Shown piece by piece: positions 1-14,070 of a stretch of DNA of 64,000 nucleotides. A model generated the notes under the pieces. The model did no database searches, was not told the DNA's origin, and saw only the letters and a list, made by a program, of their open reading frames with translations. Location of the stretch: the NCBI RefSeq assembly GCF_036588685.1, contig NC_086375.1, positions 55,552,001 to 55,616,000 on the forward strand, read 5' to 3'. Within the stretch, counting starts at the first letter, position 1; each line of letters begins with the position of its first letter. The position numbers and the translations under genes are program-made. The DNA comes from Mytilus trossulus (taxonomy: Eukaryota).

Positions 1-2550
1 AACTGACAAAAAGTGGTCGGAATTGATTTTGGAATGCAATGCTTTTGTCATGATTTTTCACAAGTATTAAAATAATATCCTTTAAATTTAAATGTAAAGA
101 TGTCATAATACGATAAGTGTTATGATATTTAATTATAATTCTACTTTTTCTGAGCATTTTGTTCCTGTGTCATTTGCAAAAATGTACTGTAATTTCACCA
201 GGTCTTTGAAATGAAAGAAAATATTTAATATGGGTGCGAACATATGAAGAATTTATAACGAGTTAGTCATCGTCATATTTTGGCGACTATGATGTATGTT
301 CTGCACTATTATCTTCATGATATCTACAAAAGATTTTTTAGTGAAACATTGTAACAAAGTTTATCATTATTTATTATTAAAAATAAAAGTTCTAATAAAT
401 CGGTCACGTGGAATAAAGGACAGAACGAGGTCCAATTTATAACTTTTACATAACTACAAATTTGCACCCACTGTTTCCATGTGGCAAGTTAACAGCTACA
501 CTAACGACTAATTAATAGGCCAATTAATCGAACCCATCTTGATATAAATCATGACGGAACAATGTGGTTTTGTCATATGCTTCAGAAAGAGAGGAGCGCA
601 CATCTTGTTTTTACATTGCGTCTTAATATTTCAGTCTGACAGTAATTATGGTCATAAACTTTAGTTATGGGGGACAAGTCGGAACTAAATTTCTTTCCAG
701 ATGTCTTTGAGAACGGTCTTTGAGTATTATGTCTTCACGCCCCTAACTTGTTTTGATAAGTAAACCATGCTTATTTTCACCAAAATCTTATTTTTATTGC
801 CGTATGATGAATCAACAGGGTGTTATAATTTTCATTTATTACAGGAATTTTGTAATATACATATCAAGTTTTATATATCCAGGCTAATTCGTTTTGCAGC
901 AGGGTTATGGAAAGAGAATTGTAGTCATTTTTTTAATTTTAAATAAATCTTGTTTAAAACTTTCGAATGTACCAACTATGTAGGAGTCTAAAGTCCCTCT
1001 CGATTTTAAAGGTCGTGAAGAAGAAATGATAAAACATTTTTCCTCTTCTGTTTGACATATTAAAAATTCAAATACCGCTGTTAAAATTTAAGTAACACAT
1101 TTTAAATATGATCCTACAGGAGGTCAGAACCTATTTAAAGTATTTCAAAACTGAATTGAAATATGCATATTGCCGACACTTAACAAATAGACTCTCTTAC
1201 TGTAAATGTATCGGTCCGAGGTTTGAAATCGGTCTAAATTTATTACTTTTTAAACATAATAAAGACTCTCACATTGCATACAAAAAATTTCACGTGTGTT
1301 TACTAAAATAAAAATTACAAAATATCTATCTGCACGGTGATAAAATATGCGTATCCAAGGATACAAACTGTCGACGTTGTAGGTTTTGAAAAGTAACCTA
1401 TTTGATCCCTAACAGAAGATTTTCTCACCACTTTTGTTTGTTTTTACTCGGTACCATTCATAAGTTCTTATGCTTAATTTGTGCTCTTGACAGACAAGCT
1501 ATCCGACTATTGAAAACAACCATCATTTAGAATGTCAAATTACACTTCTGTAGTAGATTGGGGAAAGTGCATTTTTCTTAAGATTGCTTCCTGCTAGTAG
1601 TAGTAATTCAGAACAGCTGGAAATCTTATTTATTATCATAATATTTTCAATATTTATTAGAATATATAAAAGTTGAAATAGCAGTTTGTAAAGTTGTTAA
1701 CACACATACGTACACTATTTTATGACAACCTGTTGCGAATTTAGTTTTATGTTGTCGTATTTTGAGAGACAGCTTGCAAGTAAACTTCGAAATTACAGTA
1801 CAATGAGTGTTATATATGTATATAATAATTCTTTTTTACAAATATTATGTCATTTTTTTCTTTCAATAGGATTTTTAAATATATCCTTACTTCTATTTCC
1901 TGAAGAAACGTATACACAATCAATCATCTTTTTTTACTTAAAAAAGTTATTTTCATCATTTTGAATTCAATGAAATAATATCAACAACTGATGAACAAAT
2001 TGAGAAAGCTTTGAAGCATCCTTCACTCCTCTACAAATAATTAATACAAATAGTAATTTTGTTTTAACTGGAAGCAACATACAATAAACACTTGTAGAGT
2101 ATTGGATTACAAGTAGAATTAATCCTGAAGTAAATACACAAACATTCATCGATTTCAGTTTGACAGTCTGTCAAATGCCATATCTTCATCAATAAAAAGA
2201 AAACAAGATTAACAGATATGGAGAGAGTTCCACTACCGACATGCTTTTCCACTTCCGGATATTTATTTTTCACTTAATATCATCTATACATTTAAGTTAT
2301 TAATACACGAGTTTATTAAAAAAAAAAAAAACAATAACATTTTATTATCAACTAAAGACCCACAAGGGACACGCGGACATTTTCCTGGCTCTCTGTCTTT
2401 ATGCTTATTGCAAATATTAGTATTATATCATTACATGATCATGTATATACCAATGAGCAGTAGTGTTCTAGTAAATATTATAAATAAACCATATAGGGGG
2501 AAAAAGGATACTGAATTAGTTAGCAAAGTAACATACAATATTCTTAATAC

Positions 2551-2786
2551 CAACATTGTCTCAATATCTATTGTACAATATTATTACATAGTAACATTAT
2601 ATACTGTGCAATATAAATACAATGTTACAATATCTACTGAACACTATAAATACATTGATACAATTTATAATGTACAATTTAAATACATTGTTACAATATC
2701 TACTGTACAATATAAATACATTGTTACATTATTACTGTACAATACAAATACATTGTTACACTATATATATACTGTAACAGTATCTT
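2551..2786. repeat. Minisatellite, ~33-bp unit (AATACATTGTTACAATATCTACTGTACAATATA), ~7 degenerate copies, in the presumed intron of the upstream Zic gene
   Basis: Recurrent TACATTGTTACA...TACTGTACAAT at ~33-bp spacing; explains the repetitive ORF 2408..2788. Confidence 0.85.
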
Positions 2787-5076
2787 GAGCATACAATATA
2801 GTAAAAAAAAAGCATTTAATCAAGATGACTTTAAGAAGATGACTTAATTAATTTTGCGCATTGTCAAACATTTAAACTTTAGATATTATTTTTGTAAAAT
2901 AAGATTGTCACTTGTTCTTCCGTATTTGGAATAATTAAAGTCAATATATATTGGGCTTTTAACATATTTAGTTACCATAATCGCATATAGTCGTGAAGCT
3001 CTGTAAATAAAATGTCATATTTTTTACTTAACAAGGGTAATTTGGTTTATTTCATTTGCAAAATAAGATATATTAATGAATATGTATGCAGTTAAAAATG
3101 TTTTTCTGAATAATTTTAACATCCGATGTATTTTAAGACATTTTTGACAAACTAAAGATTTGAAATATACTCAGAAGTCTTAAAGTATATCAAATAATAA
3201 TACCCTTCACGTGACAGATGCATGACAATAGGACAAATCGACATCTGTGCAGCCAACAACATGCTTTGCATGGACAATTTCTCATTTAAAATAATAATCA
3301 CTTACTGCTGCTTTCTTAAAATTTTCAAAGATAAACTTATAATAAAAAGGAGAAATATATGTATTTTCATGTTTGTAGATTTTTGAGTTTTAAAAAATAT
3401 GCATTCGAAACATTCACAACAATTGTTATAACTAGGAATAAACAATTTGCATGCACTAAGTTAAGTTGTATAAATTGTAATTTCAAGTATAAATAATCCT
3501 TTATTTTGTGTAACCACTACAATTTTAAGACCCATTACAAAATCGAATGATTCCGCCGCATAACAAAAACAAAATTTAAAAGATAGCAAACTTTTATTAA
3601 CAAATAGAATAGATTTATTTTGTAACTGTTAACACTTCGTCTTTTAAAAATAAAGAAGAGTAAACAAATAAAAGCCTCAATTTATGGCGCTTTACATTGA
3701 CTTCAATATATGCATGCGATTGTTAAATTAGAATTACAATGCAACATGTATACTTATGTTAAAATACATTGTTTAACTATTGATCCTTTTAAAGTCGAAA
3801 GCAAACCGTTTTTTGTTTATATGCAATATAAGACTTTATAAATTTTAAATATCCACCATTATTTGCAAAAGGTTATGTAAACTCTGGAGTTTTCAGATAT
3901 GTTTTTTTAGAGGATGTTATTATTATTGACGCAAAGTTAAACGTTTAAATTCTCCAATTTATACAAATCTGTCGGGAGAGTTACAGGAGCAGATATATAG
4001 AAAACGAAGTACATTGCATAAATACAAGCTTCCAAAATACATAGAACAAATGACAAGCAAAACAAATACAAAAAAGAATTTCAAATCAAGAAATAAATTC
4101 CATTATGTATCATCATGTTGATAGCAAACACTAATGCCCCAAATTTTGTGCAATATGGCAACCCTGACGATGGGATAATTTAACAGTTCATAAATTAATT
4201 TGGCATATGTTTCAATATATATAATACAGCTCTCCTGATAGCTGCAAAAATAACAAACGAGCGAAATGAAAGACGAAGCATAATTAATTATTATTATTTC
4301 AAGACAAATCTATATTATCGGGTTTGGTCATTATAGTGGATTAAACATTTATCAGTAAGCTGTCAGATACAGCTCTCCTATTGTAGTTGACTGTCTGCCA
4401 CTTCAGGATAATGACTACGAGCTGCAAGCATATCTCATTGTTTCTTCAACTCTCGTGAGATGTCGTCCCTAACCATAGTCGGATTCTATTAAAATATCAT
4501 GAAATAACGGTGCCATTTAATACTGGGGATTTTCATATTTGTAATTTTGAAAAATAATCACATTAATGCCGCGACATTTATTCAGGGTTGATAATTATTA
4601 CATCAATATTAATATGTCTCTGCTTATGTAAATGGAAATTAATTTTACACAAACAATATGATCTCTGTTTTGATTACTTTAAGAAAATGAAAAAGTTGGT
4701 AAAATACTATAAAAAAAAATATATATGAAATTTCTAAGCTTTACCGAATGTTATTTTTCATCACTTCTATAATATCTTTCTAATTGTTTATTATTCAAGC
4801 TGACTTCACTCCATGTTGGACAACAGAAGGCTAGCTTTTACTGGATTAAACCCTATAGAATAACATTATATAACATACAGATGGAATAGACCGGTTGTTG
4901 AAACAACAAAATACATTTATTTTAGACCCAACAAAAAATATAAAAAACAAAGAATGCTTCCGAATAAGTTTTTCATTTTTTAAATGATGCATTGATATTG
5001 TGTCGCCATTTTTGTTTCAGATTTTGGAACTTGTGCATTTATGAAATGATTTGACAAATATTTATTTTATTTACAG

Positions 5077-5606
5077 GAGAAAAGCCGTTCCGTTGTGAAT
5101 TCGAGGGATGTGACAGGCGGTTTGCAAATAGTTCTGACAGAAAGAAACATTCACATGTTCATACCAGTGATAAACCCTATGTATGTAAGATTAGAGGTTG
5201 CGACAAGACGTATACTCACCCCAGTTCTCTCAGGAAACATATGAAAATACACGGGAACATTTCACCGAGTACCGAATTGAAAGAATCAGACGAAGAAACA
5301 AGTCCGTCTGAAGGTGACATTACTGCAAGCTCGCCACCCTCCACGAAGGAAATGAAGATTGAACAAGTGACAGGAAGTCAGGAGACTACGACTTCACCAT
5401 TATCAAATGCGTCGTCTGCCGACATTCATCGAAATGACAATGTAAGTTTAGGACAGTCCCATCAAACGAATATTAATGATTGGTACGTTTACCAAGGATC
5501 AAATCACGGACTTGCAAATTTGAGAAACGAAAACGAACATTCTGCCTTCAGTTCTATGGGACATTTATCGAACTTACATCCGCCGCCTATCGCACAATAT
5601 TCTTGA
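5077..5606 (+). CDS. Zic: Last coding exon of a Zic/odd-paired family C2H2 transcription factor (paralog A): ZF4, ZF5 and C-terminus. Exon 1 is not in this window and presumably lies upstream.
   Basis: Acceptor ttttatttacag ends at 5076. Phase-1 exon reads (G)[59 protein letters not shown]...NINDWYV...PPPIAQYS*. Diagnostic Zic ZF4/ZF5 and NEWYV-like motif. ORF 5241..5606 is only its 3' part. Confidence 0.96.
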
Positions 5607-6774
5607 TCAACAATGACCAATGCACAGAGGTGCATGGATAAAAGACTAACGAACTTACATGTATTGTTTTGATAAGTAATAATTAAATTATTTTATTTCT
5701 ATGATTGTCGAGATAAAAAAAAATGTTTCTCATAGTATCATTCATCCATTTCGAGCCATTTCAGTTATGGTCAATGGTTATGGTTATGTCTGCAATTACC
5801 AAAGATATTCATTACTGCACGTTGTTGCCAGTTTTAAGAATATTCCTAACAGTCAATCACAAGGTACTGTAGTACTATTTCCAAATTAACAAGTAAAAAC
5901 ATACACTGTGACAGAGGAATACGTTTTTGTGGTTGATATTTAATAGATTTTTAAAAGAAAACCATACATGAAATGTGCAAGGGCTCTACATGTACGAAAT
6001 GTTTTGGATGAAGCAATTGTATAAATCAATATTTTCTTTTTTGTATATATGGTTAACACTTTTAAAAAATTATTTACATCTATCTACTCTTAACTGTAGA
6101 TTTCATATAGTTTCTTTATCAGACAAAGAGCAGTGGTTTACATCCATTTATAGTTTACAGCCCACACCTTTTTGAAAATCATATTCTTAGTTTCATAAAA
6201 ACTTTTCACAATTGCTACGAAATTGTAACATTAAGGGCTGTCTTATCCCCTTTGTTCATTTTGTAAATCCGTCATCCAATTATGTTTATACTGAACTTCT
6301 AGTCAGAGAGATAGTACGTAAATGGTTAAGAAGAGTTCCCGAGCGAGCAAATATAACCTATTAAACTTTTACTTATCATAGTTCACCTAGTTTAGATGAG
6401 ACCATACTTTCCATAAATCTATTTTAGTGCATATATGATGTGCAACAGCAGTGCTCAATATATGCAACTTATTGGCCATGCTGTTTGTAACAACTGGGCT
6501 ATCTTGCTTTATGCTTGTTGTTTAAATGCGTATTTAATTTTCCCGATATCTGGACTATATAGGCAAAAAGATTGAACGCATTCAAAACTTGTTTAACTTT
6601 GCCCCATTTCATTTGTGATTGTTCTAATCTAGGCTATCTGGACGATGTGGTGTTTTAAATTGTTGTTTGTTTTCTCTATTTTTGTTTCGGACTCTCCTTT
6701 GTTGGTGGGTTTAGTCTAGTGGACTGTCTTTAATATACAAAATCATCATATATGTTAGGCTTAAAACTGTATAC

Positions 6775-6836
6775 CTGGTGGCGTTTGGTCTTCAAAAGAC
6801 TCATCAGTGACTCTCGAATCAAAAACGAAAAAGGCC
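6775..6836 (-). mobile_element. Decayed hammerhead-bearing (retrozyme-like) repeat fragment
   Basis: Minus strand GAGTCA-CTGATGA-GTCT-TTTGA-AGAC-CAAA-CGCC; homologous to the intact copy at 60360 but GAAA is mutated to CAAA. Confidence 0.7.
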
Positions 6837-6861
6837 TGATATATAATTTTGGTAATATGCA

Positions 6862-7029
6862 TCCAAGTTTTATCTACCATTTTCTACATTTGAAAATGTC
6901 TGTACCAAGTCGGGAATATGACAGTTCTTTTCCATTCGTGTTTTTATGTTTTTTGATTTTGCCATGTCATTATGGACTTTCCGAATTGATTTTCCTCTTA
7001 GTTCAGTATTTTTGTGATTTTACTTTTTA
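6862..7029 (+). mobile_element. Repeat family A 3' fragment (partial twister-like motif)
   Basis: CCATTTTCTACATTTGAAAATGTCTGTACCAAGTCGGGAATATGACAG...GTTCAGTATTTTTGTGATTTTACTTTT, shared with ~10 other copies in the window. Confidence 0.85.
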
Positions 7030-10000
7030 CACGGACATAGAAAGCATCTTGACACATTTGAATGTAGAAGCCATCTGACGTGTAGTGTCAGTCCATGCAA
7101 GCGATTTAGGATCAAAACAGTGTTATACTTTCAAGGTTTCAACCAATTGTGTTCTCATAACAATAAAAACAATTTTAAAGTCAATCCCTCCCCTTATACA
7201 GAACTATTAGTCATGGTATAAAATTTCTGAATGTGCATCCTACTTTTTTGCGAATTATGTTTGTTGAAAGACCAAGACTGGTTCTGAAAATGTTTAACAT
7301 GTATAGCAATAGTTTAGTAGATACATTCAAATATTCCTGACTGATATACTGCTTAACATTTTTAATAAACCCTCCCAATAACCTAGAACAGACGTGTTAT
7401 AGCACAACATAATCACAAGTTGTAAAGAAACCAAGATTGAAATATATAGTTGGACTCATCAGATCGAAACGGAACCACCCACACTCAAAACCCATAAAAA
7501 CATAAAGATAAAATTCTAAAAGTACCGTTCTAGGAGTACCCGCATGCAGTACTATCCTTTTAAAAGACTAAATATTAAGTTTAGATTGAAGTTCAGCATC
7601 CATGTGCATCTAGAACGCCTTTACCATACAAGTAAGACGTTCTTCTATTATGGATATATAGTTTTTCTTCCATATTTGTTGAATCTTTAATAAGATTTGA
7701 TAACGGAGAAAACACTTTCATTTCATTTCACTGTAGGGAAAATCTAATATATATGTTCACAATCAGTTACGTTAACTTTTTGTGCTTCTTTTTCGAGAAT
7801 TATTAGTGTTGTTTATTCTTCCTCGACTCATGGTTTCCTATTGCTTTCTGCTTTTGTTTGGGTTGCAAAAAATCATTTTCACCAGATGATATAAACAAGA
7901 AGATGTGATATGACTACCAATGAGACAACTCTCCACAATAATATGGTTATTTCATATTTTTGCAGTTTTTATTAGATATCACTGTGCCAGAGCTGGTTTT
8001 TTCCCAATACATATATATATTTGAAAAGTCACTTGGTATATATAAATATTCCTAAAGCATTTGAAAAATTTCTATATCGTTAAACCCAATTTGAACTTTT
8101 AACTCATCTGCCATCAGCAATAAATTCTGCACTCAAAAAAATATTTAGAAGGTCAAAGACAATCAAGGGGAGTAACAAAATATTTAGAACAGAACATTCA
8201 CTGAAATCGGCACATGGAAGACACCTGTAACTTTTAAATAAGTTTAAGCAAAATATAATAAGTAACAAATACGTTTGGAGTCACTTAAAGCAAGATCATA
8301 GTTTAAAACCTACAGATGGGAAGTTTTGTCGTTTTATAATGCAATATCGATGTCTGAACTTATAGTACAGGACGACACTTTCAAGTGCAATGCCATGAAC
8401 AAACTGAGAAAAAAAATATTGTGGTTTTTACAATATTAGTTTTTTGTTAGTCGTACATGGAACATTTGCTAGAAGGTGTTACCTGTGCTGTGTTTTTTTC
8501 AGTTGGGTTTATTTGCATATTACAAACTGTTTAGTTAGGTCATATATTACACTATCCTGGTGTAATATAGTTAAGTGACAAATAATGAATACCAAATATG
8601 TGTTTACTTAAATGTATATATCCCTTTTATATAGTGAATATAACTTCTGATAGTTTTTTTTTGTTCTATATGTGAAAAGTCACTTGGTATCTTTCTTCGA
8701 TGTGATCTAATATATCCGTCTTGTCTGATTAGAATTTTGTACGACCACATTTTTCTGAATGTATATACTTGTACTTTTAAATTCATATTACACCGCCTTA
8801 ATATAGTTATGAGAGCTATAAAGAAAATTGCAAAAATAATCATTCAAGCTGTGCGGATTTCAATGAATTATAGGTATCAAGTTGAAAGAGTAAATATCAA
8901 AAATAAACAACTTAACTTATTGAATACGTAACTTTACGTCAATTAAAACATACGATCGAAGCTTTCAAGGCATCAACTGAAAAGAAAAAAAGTTTCGAAT
9001 TTTAGTTTGCAGGTTCATGATATGCATTTGTCTAAATCGTGATGGTTTAATTCGAAGATGTATCACGCATAATAAGATACTAATTGTCTTGTACTAAATG
9101 TATAATTAACAATACATACGTCACCAGTAAATGCACAATGCTTCAACAATACCTATGCTACAGCAGCAAATGTCACAAAAACTTCTTGTATTAGACATTT
9201 CACAGTCAATATATCTTACCACAAAGGTCGTTATGGGACAGTCTCTGGAAATGGGTCGAACATTTATCAATGATCAGCTATGGTATTCTTAATTTACATT
9301 ATAATGGTTAATGGTTACCATTTTACTTTTGCTTTTTGTACATCTATGGGTACAGCCTTCAGAGGAGGACTAAGAGTCTCGATATAATTTTCATTTCCAA
9401 TGTATTTGAATTTTCTTCTTTTTCGGTACTTTTTTCTGATAAACAATTTATCAACAAATAGTTTACTGTTTTGTGGATTTCAAAAACTGAATAAATATTT
9501 TTTAGTGTGACTACTTTCTAATTACATGTACCAAAGCAACAAACAAAATACAAATATATATCGATTTGGCTGCTGAAGTGACGAACATTGCTGATGTGCA
9601 TTCTCGAAATGTTGCTGATCGTGGCTTCCACATCATTTTTTGGTATACCATATGGAGAGTTGTCTCTTTTGCAATCACCACATCTTCTTATTTTCATACT
9701 ATCCTTTTCAACAACTGCTACATTTTGTACATCTGAATTCATGTCACAAGATTAACCTCAAGCCGATTACAAAACTTTGGCTTTACTGTTAGCTGATATG
9801 ATTATTTTCAGGCGTTTGATTTTGCTTTAATTGTACTTTTTCATATAGAAAGAGAAAAAACCCATACCACATAGTATAATAATGTTATTATGCACATTAA
9901 AACGTTCACGAGTCACGTTTTCAAGCTCAGCCTCAACCAACATTAACAGATATCTGTAACTACAGACAACGTTTTAAGAATTATTACTTTACCAATACCA

Positions 10001-13000
10001 ACATTGAAAACAAGACTGTACAATAAAATTTATTTAAAAAAAGCTTACATATCAACAACGCGACGAACAAGAATTTTAAGGACGTTACGTTAAAGGTTCC
10101 CTACATTTACAATGCAAATGGTTTAACATCAACAGAGGTAATGATTGTATAGTCTGTATTCGGATGTATTGTTAGCCAAATGTTCTTAGCAATCAAACTG
10201 ATAATATTCTTAAACGAGATAATGCATTATATTTAAACCGTAACATTTTTGCGGAATCATAAATTTAATTTATCTGTTGTGACATGGGTATGCTTTTTAA
10301 AGGACACTGGAATTTTAACACCTTTTGACTGCTTTGTAATTTATAATATTGCATTTCTATATATGTCAACATTGTGTTAAATGAAATAAAAAGTCGATGT
10401 AATATATGGCTAAAAAATTCCCTATTTATATGGCGGATCCTGAAGTTTAATTTCTTATCAGTTTATATGCGTTGTTAAAAGTGTCAAAATCCAGCCTCTG
10501 TCGTGCAAAGAAACAAACAATTCACCGGGGGAATGTCATTAAAAACATAGGATAAATGCAAGGATTACATTTCTCTTCAATGAAAATTGAAGATTCATTT
10601 AACTTGTTGAAAACGCTTTTTTCCGAAATTCATTCATCCGTACGTAAGCTTAGAATCGCCGTGGACATAAAGTAACCAGTTTGTCGCCTATGTCATATTA
10701 AAAAGACATAAGATTTAAAAGTCTGTCGGGAGATTCCAATGAAGGCAAATCGAGCGAAATGAATGATTCATTTTCACATAAGAAATATTTTCTTTTATAG
10801 ACTTCACAATAATACACACATTTATTTGTTAATAGTATCTCTTTTAACAAAAATACCATTACGGAAATAGAGATGCATTGGTTAAAACCGCCTTGTCACG
10901 GGCCGTCTATGCTAATTAGGTAGTTAACAATATAAAAGGTGTCAATACTTACACCTGAAGGAGCCCGTTTTACAAACGTTCAATTTTGTTTTCAATTTAA
11001 AAAGATATTCGTTTGAAGAGGGTAGTAGCGTCTTCATTTGTAGAAACGAGTGTGTAACAACTTGATCATTGAATAAGACATTGCCATTGTAATTGGAGAC
11101 AAGCTGCCATGCTTCTGAGGAGGACTGACCAATGGAAGCCTTGTATAGAGACTCAACCGGAAGTAATTATTTCTGAATGACCAAAGAGTTGTCATTACTC
11201 CGTATGCAGATTGCAAATACTGGAATAAATACATTCGACGTATACTACGTGCATTGATCTTTAAACAACAATTCATACTTTGATTTTGAGGTTATGGATG
11301 GTGAATAACTAATGATCGTATAGGTATCATAAAAAAAAACCAAAAGGTGCTCCGAATTCTATATGGTACTTGTATATATACAGGAAGAAAACCACTATAA
11401 TTCTTAGCCAATTTGCTTTCTATGTTAAATTCCTTAATTTGAAACATGGTTAGAGCTTCGGTGTTTTAAGTTCAGTTAAACAGCGACAATCAGTTTATGT
11501 GAAAGCAATACATTAGTTAACATGTTTTTTTAATCTTGGAGAACAACAGATATGTATAACTTTAGTAGGTAATGAAACTAACTTTTGGTAACTGCAAGTA
11601 CTTTTAGATGGACACTTCGTGTAATTGGTCTTTATGCATGTTCGTTGTATTTGTTTGTGCTTTCCACCGATCAGATGAAAACCACTGCTCCATGTTAAAG
11701 AATGATTGGTTAACATAGTGTCTGAACAATGCACGGAGCCGATATAATTAAGTGTTTTGCTGTCTGTCATATCTGGTTTTCCGCTTACTTTTTGGTCATA
11801 AATTAGGCCGTGTTTTGTTTGTTTCAATTGTTCCAAATTTTGTGATGGCGATGCCTTTTGGTGTCGGTGTTGCTGACTATGCAGTAAAGGTTTGGTAATT
11901 TCTGATGGCCTATATTGTTGTTAAAAATCATCTTCATTTGGACTATGTTTGATAGCTGTCCCTTTGACAATCATACACCATCTCCTTGTTCATATTTGTC
12001 TAGAAATTGCATATGAGACTGTACTGGTTCCAAAACTTTGAAATTTGAAAAACAGGAACTTCAGGTCTGAGAAACAGACATAGTATGCCCTTTTTTAAAA
12101 TTGCTTATTTCTTAATACGCATTTAAACTAATGGTGTTCTACAGCAATCGCAAGTCCTTCAGCTTTCATTTGATATAACAATTATTGAAATATTCTACAT
12201 CATGTGACTATATGATGTATAGATACGGAAAGTTACACGTATGCATATAGGAATCGGGACCGTCTTGTTTTCATAGAAAACCAGTTCCTGGATAACGGCT
12301 TTGTCTCAGTTTTAAACTATTCTGAAGACTACTCCACTAAGTTTATTTTCTAAATATATAGTTTTTCTTACGTTGAATCGATCGTTTGTTCGATAATGTA
12401 AACGAATAGCGAAGTAGAAATATGAATTCCTTATCACTCATAAAGAAGTATCTTTATCGAATCTTTCTTATCATCAGACATGTCTTTTCAGCGTTTGGAA
12501 ATTCGCTATGATGGTTATTCTGGCACACAAACCCTCTAATATTTCATTATATGATACGGACATTAAAGTGTGTTTTTCAATTCATTCAAAGAACTGTGGA
12601 AATATTGCCTTGATCTTTTTTGAGATAATCAAGTCAAGATACGCTATTTGCAGCTGTCACATCGCCTCTGTTAATTTTTTTTCTTTTTCGAATAATTTTT
12701 GGTCAGAAATATGCGATCTTTCTGTAAGATATTCAAGTTTGAATAAAAATAAGCAATCGTTATCGGTCAATTTTAAATTGGAAGATTCATTTAAAGCCTA
12801 CTAAACGATAAAACTTGCTATAAAATAAAATTAAGATTTAAATGTACGATGTAAAGACATATTGAAACGATTATTCTTCATAAAGAAAATGCATAAAGTA
12901 CAAGTGATCAACCAAAATTGCATCTGTTAAGTCATTTGAAGAAAAACACTTAGCTAAAGACAAATATCTTTACATTTACACTTAGCAGATATATATACGT

Positions 13001-13151
13001 GTCATGAGGTTGATCTCCAATTGTTATAATGTCTGAGGAGATTTTCAAAAAAGAAATCAGTATAACTAAACATTGATTATTGAAACCTAATAATATAGAC
13101 ATTAGAATCTCCTGTTTGAGTTGTTTTACAGTATTCATTTGGAACACTCTT

Positions 13152-13440
13152 TATGTATGTGCCTGTCCCAAGTCAGGAGCCTGTAATTCAGTGGTTGTCG
13201 TTTGTTTATGTGTTACATATTTGTTTTTCGTTCATTTTTTACATAAATAAGGCCGTTAGTTTTCTCGTTTGAATTGTTTTACATTGTCTTATCGGGGCCT
13301 TTTATAGCTGACTATGCGGTATGGGCTTTTCTCATTGTTGAAGGCCGTACGGTGACCTATAATTGTTAATATATGTGTCATTTTGGTCTTTTGTGGATAG
13401 TTGTCTCATTGGCAAGCATACCACATCTTCTTTTTTATAT
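13152..13440 (+). mobile_element. Repeat family B (retroelement-like 3' end) starting within a twister-like core
   Basis: GCCTGTCCCAAGTCAGGAGCC at 13161; ends GTTGTCTCATTGGCAAGCATACCACATCTTCTTTTTT. Related fragments at ~11795-11995, 13540-13625, 24205-24290, 38395-38590, 40310-40580, 43478-43740 and 52534-52582, with short 3' stubs at ~7898, 9655, 31852, 43762 and 49670. Confidence 0.85.
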
Positions 13441-14070
13441 AACATGATTTTATTAAAAGGAATTACGAAGGTTTACTGTTTTTTGTTTTAAATCATCAAA
13501 TATTTAGCTTGTTGTTCCGGTAATGCGAGTCAAGACTCCGTGTTTTATACCGTTCTCATTGACCTATAGTTGTTTCATTTTAACACATTGTTGACTCATT
13601 GACACTCATACCACATCTTCTTATATATATGTTGTATATAAAATAAAGAACTCCATACCTTCTGACCAGGTATTTCAAAGAACCTCAATCAATTGTATAT
13701 ATATGCAGAATACGTATATGTATACTAATATACTGTAATATTACAAGTTGTGTATTGTGAACATTTGACCATATGGAACAAAATTGAACCGTATGTACTA
13801 CAACGAGTTATCTACCCTGTTTTTGTGAATCAAGTTTAGTACACATATTTCACTGTCGGTTTTGTATGTATTTTCACGATTATCCTGGTTCCCTGTACTA
13901 CGTTCCGTGTGTTAGCTTATAGCCATACTCGAACGTGTAACATACTGAATATTGTGATCGGGAACCAGTCTATTTCAGGATGAGCTTGGTTTGTGAATTT
14001 CGACAAACAGTTTTTTTTTAGATTTACCATTGTTTGATTCTTTGTGGTATTTTGACGTTGACATTGAGAG

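Noticed and set aside
2408-2788. 126-aa repetitive ORF
   Set aside because: Produced by a 33-bp minisatellite.
7450-7475. CTGATGAGTCC on the minus strand (hammerhead-like start)
   Set aside because: No closing stem II or GAAA downstream on that strand.
12053-12290. CAGGAACT/AGTTCCTG inverted pair, possibly an old DNA transposon
   Set aside because: Only an 8-bp match, no TSD, and only weak similarity elsewhere (~51260).
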